The notes under the pieces were generated by a model, which was given only the letters and a program-made list of their open reading frames with translations, searched no databases and was not told the DNA's origin. Shown piece after piece: positions 44,936 through 56,900 of a stretch of 64,000 nt of DNA. The position numbers and the translations under genes were made by a program. How positions within the stretch are numbered: the stretch's first letter is position 1; each line of letters opens with the position of its first letter. The stretch covers positions 1 through 64,000 of the IMG/VR virus record IMGVR_UViG_3300037804_000252, one strand, 5' to 3'. Origin of the DNA: a virus.

Positions 44936-47101
44936 TTATGACCATTTTTTATCGTATAAATCTAAAAGAGAAAAACCATCTGCTTGAAGTGAATATACTT
45001 TATTTGTAGTGTATCTTGGTCTTGGGTGTGTGTAAAAAACATGATTAAACCAAAGGTCACCAACATCCCACTCACAATCGTTTATTCTATCAACCCACCA
45101 ACTTTTTTCTCTATTTGGTATCAGATAACAATGAGCAAGATTTTGATTATGACCTGTCTTTGTAAATAAATCATCTATCACTTCTTTATATTGAGACCCA
45201 TTATTTGCAAAAGATAAAAAAGGAACTTTATCTCTTTCTGAAATAAAACATGCCTTGTGTACAATATTAGTAAATTCTTCAAGTCCAACACTCAAGTATC
45301 CATCTGCTTCAAATATTAATGTATAATCAAAATTTTCAGTATCTATTGTTTCTATTGCGGTTTTATGAGCAAGATAACAACCATAATGTCTACCAGTAAT
45401 CCAACCCAAACCAGCACCTGGATAAAGTTCACCTGGTTTATTATCTTTACTGAGATGGTCTGGTCTTCTACAAAATTCTTTTGGTGCGAATCCATCATAG
45501 ACTTCATTTATAATTGGTTCGTAAACCATACCATATCTTTCTAATTGTTTTAATGAGTTATGTGATATAGTTTCTCGTAAGTCATCAGGTCTTGTTAATA
45601 AGTGTTTAACTTGAATTCTTGGTTTTCTTCTCATATAAGAATGACCATCAATTGCAACTTGATTATAAAAAAACGTTTCAACTGATTTATTGACCTCATT
45701 AAATACATTAAAATCATCACCTGCTATAATTCCACCTGGTTTTATTTTATGATACCATATATTCAGATTTTCTTCTGTTGATTGATAATCAGAATCTATC
45801 ATCATAAAATCAATAGAGTTATTTTCAAATAATTTTACTGAACTTTCTGAGGTGTCTTTTATAACATTAAATGAATCTTTGTTGTTTGAAATTAATGTGT
45901 TATCTATAAAATCACAATAAATGTCTCCATCAAAATCATTTACAATACTTTGTTTAGAGTTTTCTTTATATTCAGAAAAAGTATCAATAGTAGTAAAATT
46001 AATATTTTTTTTAGATTTTTTAATTAACTCTGCCATTTTGTTTGATGACTTACCCATCCAAGAACCAAGTTCAACAAATGTAGAATTGTCATTAAACTCA
46101 TTGACCATTCTTTTGTACACCTTTTCATATGAAAACCAACCAGGAATTTCATTAAACTCTGGTTTAAGTATTTCTATAATTGTCTTTTTTGTTTTTAATA
46201 AATCATCATCAATGTAAGTAACCAATGGATTATTATCGTAAGTATCTAAATAAGTCTCTAACTTTCTAAATATTGATTTTAATGAATACTCCAACGCTTC
46301 TTTAACTGATAGTGGGTTTAGTTCTAATGTTGAACTAAAATAAAATAAATCGGCTGCTTCGTAAAAACTACTAACATCATCTCGTTCTCCCCAAACAATA
46401 CAATTATTTGGTTTATTATCCATTAGGGGTTTCCAATAATGTTCAAAGTTTCCTGCTTGGTTACCAATGAAATGAAATTTTATTTTATACTTTTCTAACT
46501 GTCTTGCTATTCTAAAAATTTCACTTTGGTTTTTACCAGGTGTAAATAAACCAACCATGATTACATGCTTCCAATCATGCTCAAGATTTAATTCTTTTTT
46601 TGCTTTAGATTGATTTTTTTTCTTTTTTATAATTGGATATTCCCAAACATCGGTGTCTATATTCAAATGTTCAAATTGTCTTCTACTCCACTCAGACACT
46701 AAAACATATTTGTCTGCATGAAATCTTATTTCATTTGGATTTGTTTTTGAACCATGTGTGGTTACAACTATTTTATAATCTCTTTTTTTATTATTAAATA
46801 TTTTTTCTAAAGAGTTATGTGGAAGATAATGTTCTGGTATTTCTTGAAAATGAATAATGTCTGGAGTTTGACTTTCTATAATAGATTCTATTTCAGATTT
46901 GTCATCACCCAACGTATGTAATTTAACCAAACTATTTATTTGATTTTTTTGAACTACAAACGTATTTCCCGAATGATTGTTGACTTCTACTACTTGTATA
47001 TGAAAATCATCTACAAAGTTTTCTATTTGTCTTAAAAGATATTGTGGCATCCCTCCCGTAGATAAATGGGGGGCAATATATAGTAACTTTTTTTTATCCA
47101 T
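44936..47101 (-). CDS. Three-domain fusion: GT4 glycosyltransferase, class I SAM methyltransferase, and GT-A (GT25-like) glycosyltransferase
   Basis: PHLSTGG...KNQ...ADLF.F.S..E..PL.V.EA; VELGSW.GKS...W..K.KPGG.IAGDD; GCY.AH...LIFE.D. Confidence 0.8.
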   Translation of the reverse strand: MDKKKLLYIAPHLSTGGMPQYLLRQIENFVDDFHIQVVEVNNHSGNTFVVQKNQINSLVKLHTLGDDKSEIESIIESQTPDIIHFQEIPEHYLPHNSLEKIFNNKKRDYKIVVTTHGSKTNPNEIRFHADKYVLVSEWSRRQFEHLNIDTDVWEYPIIKKKKNQSKAKKELNLEHDWKHVIMVGLFTPGKNQSEIFRIARQLEKYKIKFHFIGNQAGNFEHYWKPLMDNKPNNCIVWGERDDVSSFYEAADLFYFSSTLELNPLSVKEALEYSLKSIFRKLETYLDTYDNNPLVTYIDDDLLKTKKTIIEILKPEFNEIPGWFSYEKVYKRMVNEFNDNSTFVELGSWMGKSSNKMAELIKKSKKNINFTTIDTFSEYKENSKQSIVNDFDGDIYCDFIDNTLISNNKDSFNVIKDTSESSVKLFENNSIDFMMIDSDYQSTEENLNIWYHKIKPGGIIAGDDFNVFNEVNKSVETFFYNQVAIDGHSYMRRKPRIQVKHLLTRPDDLRETISHNSLKQLERYGMVYEPIINEVYDGFAPKEFCRRPDHLSKDNKPGELYPGAGLGWITGRHYGCYLAHKTAIETIDTENFDYTLIFEADGYLSVGLEEFTNIVHKACFISERDKVPFLSFANNGSQYKEVIDDLFTKTGHNQNLAHCYLIPNREKSWWVDRINDCEWDVGDLWFNHVFYTHPRPRYTTNKVYSLQADGFSLLDLYDKKWS

Positions 47102-47136
47102 AACAAATTTATTTATAGTGTAAATACACTACAATA

Positions 47137-47168
47137 CAAATATAAGAAAAAATTATTTGAATACCAAA
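47137..47168 (-). promoter_or_regulatory. Bacteroidota primary-sigma promoter driving the glycosylation operon
   Basis: Minus strand TTTG-N20-TATATTTG, matching the -33/-7 consensus TTTG-N19-21-TAnnTTTG. Confidence 0.8.
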
Positions 47169-47172
47169 TATT

Positions 47173-47445
47173 TTAGAAAATAATAATTCCTTTTTCTAAA
47201 TCAATTTGTCCATTAGGATATTTTTTATCAATCTCACCTAATTCAAGATTCATTTCGTTGATTGACTTATCTAATCTTAATCCAAATTCATCTTCCTTTG
47301 AATCCAACTCATCAAGACTTTTTTCAAATTGTCTTCTCTGAACTGCTAATTGACCTAGTGCAATTACAAGATTGTTTTGTTCATCTTGAATTCCTTTTAG
47401 TTTTTCAACTAATGATTGTTCTAATTGTTCTGTTTTTTGTTCCAT
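47173..47445 (-). CDS. Small coiled-coil protein, paralogue of 42220-42591
   Basis: QN.L...LGQL...coiled coil...KKYP.GQIDL.KG.I. Confidence 0.75.
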   Translation of the reverse strand: MEQKTEQLEQSLVEKLKGIQDEQNNLVIALGQLAVQRRQFEKSLDELDSKEDEFGLRLDKSINEMNLELGEIDKKYPNGQIDLEKGIIIF

Positions 47446-47502
47446 GTTAAATCCACTTTATGTATACATATATAAGTATATACTTTTTTTATTTAACGAA
47501 AA

Positions 47503-47895
47503 TTATTCTGGTTTTGTTGGGAGTGTATATGGTGGAGTTTGTGAAGTTATATCTCTCAAGTCTTGTCTATATTGAACCCACTCATCTAATTTAGAACCAG
47601 TAATAGGAGAATGAGGAAGTACTACCCAATCACTATCATTCAATAATGAGTTTCGTGTATTTCTAATACCAAGTAATTGTTCAGCGTTTATTTCATCGGT
47701 AGTAAATGGTACTTCGGTGTGAACACCATCAATTACTCTGTATCTAATATTACTTCTAGCTTCTATCCATTCCTCTTTAGTTAGTTCTATATTTGGAGTT
47801 GGTATAGAATCATAGTCAGTCCATATATCAGTTGGATGATAACTTTTGTAATCACCACTACCAGTATCATAATGTGCGAAATATTGTATTGCCAT
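47503..47895 (-). CDS. Tail fibre assembly chaperone (Tfa-like)
   Basis: IP...IE.T.EEW; R..RN.LL..SDW...P..P...W..YRQ.LRD......P.KP; immediately downstream of the fibre gene. Confidence 0.82.
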   Translation of the reverse strand: MAIQYFAHYDTGSGDYKSYHPTDIWTDYDSIPTPNIELTKEEWIEARSNIRYRVIDGVHTEVPFTTDEINAEQLLGIRNTRNSLLNDSDWVVLPHSPITGSKLDEWVQYRQDLRDITSQTPPYTLPTKPE

Positions 47896-47909
47896 AATTT
47901 ATTTTTTTA

Positions 47910-50900
47910 TTAATGTCCTATTGCTATCCAAAACCCAGATGTTCCATCTAATATGATATCCATTCCATTCCTATCCACATTAGATACATGATTAAATCCA
48001 CTTCCACCTGCTGAGTTTCTTAGAGTAGAACAAACAGCTGCACTTATTGAGGTTGGGAATTCAGTTGGAAATCCAACATTCTTTATACCATAAGAAGTAC
48101 CTTGATTAACACTTCCCCATTGTATTATTACACCACCAGGAAGTTTTACATAACTATCTTTATTATTAACGACTGTTGTTTGACCCGTGGTTCCTGTTAT
48201 AGAATTGACAAGTGAAACTGCCAGTCCACTAATATCTATACCATTTAGATATTTCCATCTATTTCCATCTTTACCTAATGCAAATGGTCTATAAACTCCA
48301 CCAGTTGCACTTATACTATTAGTACTAGCTACATCAGGGTTCATTGGTAATATGTTACCCATTGCAAATATTGCTTGTGCATTAGTATCATCGTAGGCTG
48401 AAGCTGCTGGGTCAACAGCAAATGCTCTTGATGTAATTTCTAAATGACCATCACCTACTTCTAATAATTTTGTGGCAGTATCAATCAATTCTCTTCTAAA
48501 AATTCTTACAAATCTATCGTTATTAGATACAACTTGTATTCCTGCTGGTCTTATTTCTACAAAGTTATTTTCTGCTTGAACTGTAATATCCTGGTCCCAA
48601 CCTCCATAACTATAACCACCATTACTAAAAAACTCTTCAGTATAATTTGATGTAGAGGTATTTGTTTTGAATGTTGTAGTATGAACGTTCCAAGGTCCAG
48701 CCGTAAACCCACCACCTGATGTAACAGAAAAACTCTGTCCAGAAGCAGATGCAACTTCCCATCTATATCTAAGTCTAGCAGGTCCACTTTCTTGAATAGA
48801 GATACTTTTTTCAACCGTTTCTGAAGATGAAGATTTATTACCTCCACCTGAAGATGCTCCGTCAATTATTTGATATACCCATTCTAAAGTATCCCCACCG
48901 ATGATGTTGTGAGAAATAATACCATTTGAAAGATAGTTTACATAGTGAGGTACACTAAAGGTTATTACCTCTTCTTCTTTTTCAATTATTTCAACTTTGC
49001 TTATTTTAACTGCTTTTATAGAGTCACCATCTTTAATACGAACATGGTAACCATCTTCTTCTAGTAAATCAGTATGATTTTTATAAACATCATATAAATT
49101 AGTTACTTTTACCTTTCCACTGTTTAATTGTGTACCAAATAACCAAAAACAGTGATTTTTGGAAACTTCAATCTCTTTTCCATCAGTAGTTGTTACTTTA
49201 TAGACTTTAGATACATCTCTTTTATGAATTTTAGATAATTTAGCAGATACCCATTTTTTATTTATATCATCCCATGCTAAAATCGTATCATTGATGGTAA
49301 TATATTTTGCTAACTTCGTAGTACCATCCGATAAAGTTATCTTAGTATCACCCACTACCGAAAGCTGACCACCACCACCAAATGTTTCCTCTGCCTGATA
49401 ATTGGAATATGAATTTGTTGGACCGTAAGTGTAAAGAGTTTTTAGTAATGTCTCTCCAATTACCACATCATCATTATTAATAACTTCTAGATAAACCGAA
49501 CCTCTTCGTTGTTGAGGAGATGGGTATGCTTGTATCCCCCCATGTATCTCACCTGAAAAGACCGGGTCATTGGAAGGTTGAGCAATTGTTGGATTTTGCG
49601 GTGATGTCATTCCAGTTTGTTTTAACTGAAGATATGGTATGGTAATATCCTTAAATGTTTTTACACCCGCTGAGATTGTTATAGGAGTGTTTGATGGTAT
49701 TGAAGTTCCTGTTGTTTTCGCAAAAGTTTTACCATTACTAGTAGAGGTTGCGGATATATTACTTCGAAGACCTCCAACAGAGGTTGCTGCGGAACCAGAC
49801 CATGTAAAACTTGTGTTTAGTGCTGCTGTTGATGAGAAATCCGAAACCGAATCTATTCGTATTTGTTCTCTACTTGATACCGGAATCAACTCTGATGGGT
49901 TCGAACCTGCTTCATATAATTGAACAGGTGCCCCATAACCAGTTGCATTTTCATTATAATAATAGAAATTGGTTGACGGTCTAGATGCTCCTAATACTGG
50001 TGAATTACCAAAAAGGTCAAAACTTTCAGATGGAAATATCGTAAGATATGCACCCGCATTACCTGGTAATGCACTTGAGGTTTGGATTAAGAATGGTTGG
50101 TTTTCAATGTTACTTGTATCTAAAGTTGTTGGTCTATTATACCTACCACCATATGTACCAATACCATCTTCTCTAACTGAGAAACTAAATAACTGATTTA
50201 ACATTGATGGGTGAGATAAATCAAAGTAATAACTACCACCATTATCTGTTGCAGGGGCCTGTTGCTCCAGTCGGGTTTGGGTTGGAGTAAATGGTAAAAA
50301 CTCTGACATGATTAAGTTAAGAGAAGCTTTGGATTCAGTGACATCAGAACTAAGACCTATGGCGAACGCATTATTCTCAACAAATACAGACATACTTCTA
50401 GGTGCACTTGTATCCACTTCTTCATATGACTGACTAAATATTTTTATACTAGGTGGTATCCCTATGTCAGCATCACCTGGATTTAATATAATTTCATTAC
50501 CATCATCTCTAAGTGTATTTGTTGTCTCATCAATAATCCATTCACCAATTTTACCAGAACTTGCTTGAACCGTACCTGCTATATTTGCGTCTGATGCCGA
50601 AACAATTCCAAGTATATCAACAGTAAATCTATATTCATTTGTATTTGGTCCAGTTTCTCCTATGAATAGTGATGGTCCTATAATTGCAGAACCAGTACCA
50701 GTAAATGATGCATCTGATAATGTAATTGCTCCATCTTTATATCTTAAAAATCTAGAACCAGTAGACATTGACAAAACAGGTAAACTTCCCGTGTATCCTA
50801 AGTATATTCCATCTTCTCCAAAATCTTGAACTACCTGCCCAATAGATATAAATGGATTTTCGTTATTGTTACTTGCGTCAGCATTTAATGCAATTGTTGG

Positions 50901-53900
50901 AGTTCCTGTATTATCTGCACCAATGTTAATTGTTTGGTCTACATAAACTTCTTGAGCTAGAAGAATATCAGTTGCAACTGAACTAAACTGAGCTCCAAAT
51001 GATGTCCAATCACTACCACCAACTGGATTATCCCAAGTATCTAATCCATTTTTATTTGAATTATCAACTATATAGTAATTACCATCACTACCCTCTACAA
51101 CATCAGTTCTCTCAGTAGATTGAAAGTAAAGTTTAGTTGAATCATAAACTCCTCTGAATACTACTCCTGCTCCAGGTGCTCCAGGTGCACCAGTTGCTCC
51201 AGAGGAACCAGCAGTTCCAGCAGTTCCCGAAGTACCATCGACACCAGCATTTGCTCGTGTAAATGATTGTTTCTTAACAAGTCTAACAATATCACCATTT
51301 GCTTTTTTATGTTTTAGTACATGATTGATAAATCCATTGGCTGTACTAAAGTTTGTTAAATTTCCTATTGTACCCGTTGTAGTACCACCTCCACCAATTG
51401 TTGGAAATTGTCCACCTGTAAATCCTTTATATAATGATGCTTCAATTGTGAATTCAGAATTATTCAATGCTGAAGGATTACTTGTACGAATTTGATAATC
51501 ACTATCACCATCAAATGCACAAAAATCAAATAAGATACCAGATGCACCTTGTCCACTAATTTCGTATTCATCTGAAAGTACTACTTCCCAATTTGTACCA
51601 CTTGTATTATTGATAGCTTTAACTTTTGCGTAATCGAATCCACTTTGTACATCAACTCCCTCGGATTGAAAACCACCATCAACATTCACATCATGTACCC
51701 AAAGAATTCCTAACTCCGCAAGAATTTGCATCAGTTGAAGCATCGATGCTTGTCCTGAACTTATATCACTTTCACTAAATGTAATTACCGCATCTCCTTG
51801 ACCTTCGTTTCCAGGACCCTGTATTTCAAAATTAACATTAATATCAATATTTTGGTCTGGGTTTTTGAAAGTTAATGGAGTTGTTCCTTCATATGCATTT
51901 ATTTCAGTTCCACTATCTGAAAAGTTGGTTATAGTTCCAGTAGAATTTGCTTGGAATGTGTGAGATTCATTTGATAATACGGATGTGATTGCATTAGAAC
52001 CATCTGTGAGTCTAACAACAGTTATTTCATCAGATTTACCACCAGCAGTAGCAGTAACAGTAACTGCGGTGTTTGTACCAAAATCTCCTTTTCTCAAATA
52101 AACAGTATCACCAGTTGTGGTTGAACTACCACCAGTTGATGCATCATAAAGAGTTACCGATGGTGAAGTTGTCCAAGATGTTGCAGTTCCTATATTTTCT
52201 TTATTAGCAGTAAACTCAATAAAATCAGGAGTTAGTACACCATTTGTTCCTTCTACAAAAGATTGACCATCTGTGGTTAATCTTAATGTTTTTGCTGCCA
52301 AATTGGATTCTTGCCAATATGTTGTGTATGAAGAACCTACACCAGGTTCATCGTTACCAACACCCTTATCATGAACTAAGATACATTCCCAAGTTATACC
52401 ATTATTAGATGTTGTATCTCCTACTATAAAAGAAAACCCACTTACGAGAGTACTCCATGCTGCAAGAATTCTGCTTTCTACCTCACCTTCAGGTGTTTGT
52501 CTAAGTGCACCTCTGATAGTTAGTGTTTCACCATTCCATTCTAACGATTTATACTTTCCACTAACGGTGTTACTTTTCATTGACATCTTTGGAAGGATAC
52601 TTGTTCCCGCATCCCCTGCCGAATTGGACATACCCATCCAAATTCCTTGTTCTTGGAATCCGATAGTACCCGTTTGTCCTACTGCAATATAAGGTTCATC
52701 AGTACCACCTGCAATTGTAATTTGTGGATTGACTGCGTATGAAGTTGGTGGTGTACCAACATTAAGTGTATTTTTTACAAATGACTCTTCAAATATTGCT
52801 AACTTTGCTGCTACGAAGAATTCTTCTTGACCAAGTGATACCCAATAATCAGTATTTACTTCTCTACCACCACTACCATCATCTCTTGTTGGTGCTTGAG
52901 CGTCTCCTGCACCAGGTGATGAATCATTAGGAGTTATAAAAGAAGAACCACTGTCTTTTGTTGCGTAATAGGTATCATATGGTTCATTACCACTTTCAGA
53001 ATAAAGTACAGAATCTCTTCGTTTAGATTCTTTGTTATAGATATATTCTATTGAACCAGTCCAAGGCCCTCTAAACACAAGACCAGGACCCACATCACCC
53101 TCTTTTGTTGATGCTATTGATTGTGATAAGAAATAAGTTGCTCTACCATTTTCAATATCAACTTTGTAAATTACAGTTGCAGTTGGATTGTCTTGTGGTA
53201 AAGTCCAATCAGTTAATGGTCCTACTGACGCAGGGTTTCCTTGTGGGAAACTTGGTTGAGTAATGTATGTATCTAAGTTAAATATAGATGAAGAAAACTC
53301 ACCAAGTGTACCAATAGGGTCACCTACATTATCAAGTTGTTGACTAGAGTAGTTCTGAACATTAGTTAGTTCTTGAGTACCCTTAAATGCTTTTATCTGA
53401 GTACCAGTTGTACTTAAATCAAGTTCTCCATCAACCTTAACTGTAATTGTTGGTGATGGGTTAGTTAAAAATACCTGATAATTATTTGCTCCACTTTGTA
53501 CACCCGATATAGTTACTTCCTTACTTGCGAATACTGGTCCACTTATTGAACCATCTCGTAAATCAACTCTATACGTTGTAGTTGTACCAGGTGCAGGTAA
53601 ATCACCAGACCCAACTTCAAACTGATTGTTTGTACCAGGAAAAGTAACTGCGAATCCTTCTTGAAAGAATTCATAATATGCTTGAGATGATGTTATATTA
53701 AATGGTGTTGCTGTAAGAAATATAGATGTTGGTTCTAAAGATGATGCGTCTACTGGTGATGTTATAATACCATCCTTATCATAATTTGCTACCTCGGTTG
53801 TGGTTGATAGTTCAACACTTCTTGCTCGTATACCTTCTTTATTTTTTGAAAATAGTTGTTTTCTATTTACGGTTTGAGACCCACTTAATATTCCACTTGT

Positions 53901-56900
53901 AATTGAGAATGGATATATTTTAATTTGGTAATCAACACTACCACTATCAGTTAAAAAGTTATTAAAGTCTCTAAAATGTAGTGTATCATCTAAATTTCTT
54001 TCAGTTGAATTATCATTTGAAGATGAGAATGTACCAATTGATATTTGGTTTGGAGAAAGAGACGCACTAAATGTACCAGGTAAAACTAAAGAAGATGTAC
54101 TAAACTCCATGTAAGTATCACCCTGTTTAACTCTCAATGTTGTATTTGCAGAACTAAAGTCAACTATTCCTCCGTTTTCTTCTGCATCTATTGTTACTGA
54201 CACTGGGTCTAATTCTATATTGATTGCATCTGCACCTTCTAGTGTTTTCTTAAACTGTTGAACAAAACTTTGTGTATAAAATGAACCCGTAAAGTATGGA
54301 TGGATTTCCAAATCATATGTAACACTTGCTGTTAGGTCTGTCATTCTTCGGAAACCACTTAAAGACATTGTTGCGTCTCCAAGAATTTCATCAAAAGTTG
54401 TATACTCAATCCCTAAAGGAGTTATTGATGATGTAGTAAATGTACCAGGTTTTTTTGTATCATCAAATATAAGTGGTAATCTACCTTGTGTTACAGTAAT
54501 TGTTGTATCTGCATTTGAATAGTTAAATACATTTCCTCGTTGGTCTGCATTAAGAACTACTGGTCTTGGGTCTATATCAACTATAATAGAATCTACACCA
54601 GGTAATCCATCAGGTACAGAAAAAAATGTTTTATCTACTGAAATCGATGCTGATGTGATATCCTCAGTATATGTAAATGTTGTAGTTAATTGTTTTCGTT
54701 CTATTGGTACGAAATATGAAACTTCCTCACCAGGTCTACCACTATCTACAATGTTGTTGTCTTTATCAGTTACTACAATATCGATTCTTCTATCAAACGA
54801 ATCAGTAACGTAGAACATATAATAAAATGGTTCTTTTGTCTCAGGGTCAACCGACATTGATGGGTAGATATCTAAAGTACCACTAATTGGACTTGAGTTA
54901 GTTCCTCTTAAATAGAAAGAACCAGTAACTCTACCAATCTCTGGAGTGAAAACTCTTTCATCTCTCGGTTTTATTCCAAATTGTTCTGCATCAAAACTAA
55001 TAAATCCACTTGCAAGACCATCTTGTAAATCATTTAGAATAATAGAAGTTAATATAGATTCAGAAGTAGGTCCATCCATTAAATAAACCGTAAGTTCTTT
55101 ATCTATTGAATCTCTGTTAAAAGTTGCGTTATAATCTATTTCACCACTACCAGTTGTACCCGCAGTTAAACCTCTTATAAATCCACTTGTCTGTACTTCA
55201 GATAATAAAAAATATGATGATGATACATCAGATGTGATTGGGTCAATTGATGAGGATAATACCCTAAGTTTGGCATCTGAAAATCCTGTCTGAGGTAATC
55301 CATCCTTTAACTCAATTCTATTTATACCATCAATACGATATGCTTGTATTTCTAAATCTTTATCAGAATTATTTTTTATCGATGTTCCTCTAAATGGTGT
55401 TATTTCAAAATTTACACCACCCTTTCCATCTTGAACCCGTGTAATAACAACTTCATCTGATATACCTTCTGCGAATCCAGTAAATCTAATATATTGAACT
55501 ACGATATCACTTCTTGAACCAGTAAAATCTGCAACATTAAGAACAGGTGTTCTTGTATCTATATTTCTTAATAATCCAGGATATTGTCCTCCTGCGTATT
55601 CTGACGCAGATAGGAAGTTCCCAAACTCATCGTATGCACCAGATGTAAATGATATGGAACCTGTCAATAAACTTGTTTCAATATCAAATATTATTGATGT
55701 TGGTGGCATTGGATTTGCTGGAAGCGATGCCGAATCAAATGTAAAATATAAATTAGATGGAGTTATTTCAAGTTCTTTATCAAATAAGTTTAAGTTACCA
55801 CCATCAAACCTTTTTGTTGCTTCTACTAAAACAGGAATGTAGTTGTTATTGATATCATAAAATTCAAACCTATAATCAAATGTTTCAACTGCTAATGTCT
55901 TTGGAACATTTTGAATAAATGTTATGACATCAGGTGAAAATGATGTTTCTTGAGATGCTTTCAGACTTAAATTGTTTATATACCAATTAGAGCCATTTAC
56001 ATCAAAGTATAGTTGTGCAGAATCAAATTCATCTGCTATAAAATTTTCATTAAAGTTTGTTTTTTGAAAAAGTCCATTAGAAGAAGGTATCTCGATTATC
56101 GTTTGAGACTTTGCTACATTATTTAGAGAACCACTCAAAAACACAGTTAGTTTTTCTCCTGCTACTAAACTTCCAGAAAGTCTTGTATTAAAGTCAAGTG
56201 AGTATTCAATATCATTTTCAATATCTAAACTTTTTGTTGTAAAAAATAAATTATCACCTGTTGAGTTTAACCTTGCTGAATTATATAAAAAGTTTTGGTT
56301 AAGGGAAACACTTAAATCATTAGATGATGTTACCCAATACTCTTCTATTATAGGTTCAGTAAAAAACCCGTAAAGTTCTTCTGGTGCTGAAAAGGTTTCA
56401 ATGTCTCGTAGTAACTCATTTGATTCTAATTGTATTTCTTGTACAAATTCGAAATCGGTTACATTGGATTGAGACCTTCTAAATATTTTTACTCTCGCAG
56501 CATCTCCTACGAAAGTTTTCATATCAGTTATTTTTATTTTTGCGAAAGAACCAGTTAATGCAGTTGCTAAGTCATTAATACCCTCTAAATATGGGAACGT
56601 TACTGAATAGTTTTCATTGGTAAGTGATTTTACCAAACCATTTTCGGAATATGGTGGAGTTACTATTAACTCAGTTTCATTTACAACTTCTTCAACTATT
56701 GGATTATAGTTTATATTATCAAAATTTATAGGGTCTCCTTCAATAGAGCCTGTCCAATTATTTCCTGTTTTAATTTTTAATCTATATGAAGTTGGTAAAC
56801 TAAAATTAGATAAATTTGTATTTTCAATCGGAACTAATGGAATACCATCAACAGTACCAGTTTGAGTAACTAATCTTGAATTATTGCTAAAAATTGGTTT

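Noticed and set aside
42647-47101. Bacterial LPS locus implying host chromosome or prophage flank
   Set aside because: Embedded among phage structural genes with the same strand, composition and regulatory motifs; no integrase or housekeeping genes
48906-49361. Mobile canonical intein
   Set aside because: No homing endonuclease, the +1 residue is Ile, and the host is a fibre rather than a conserved enzyme motif; reported as a BIL-type Hint instead
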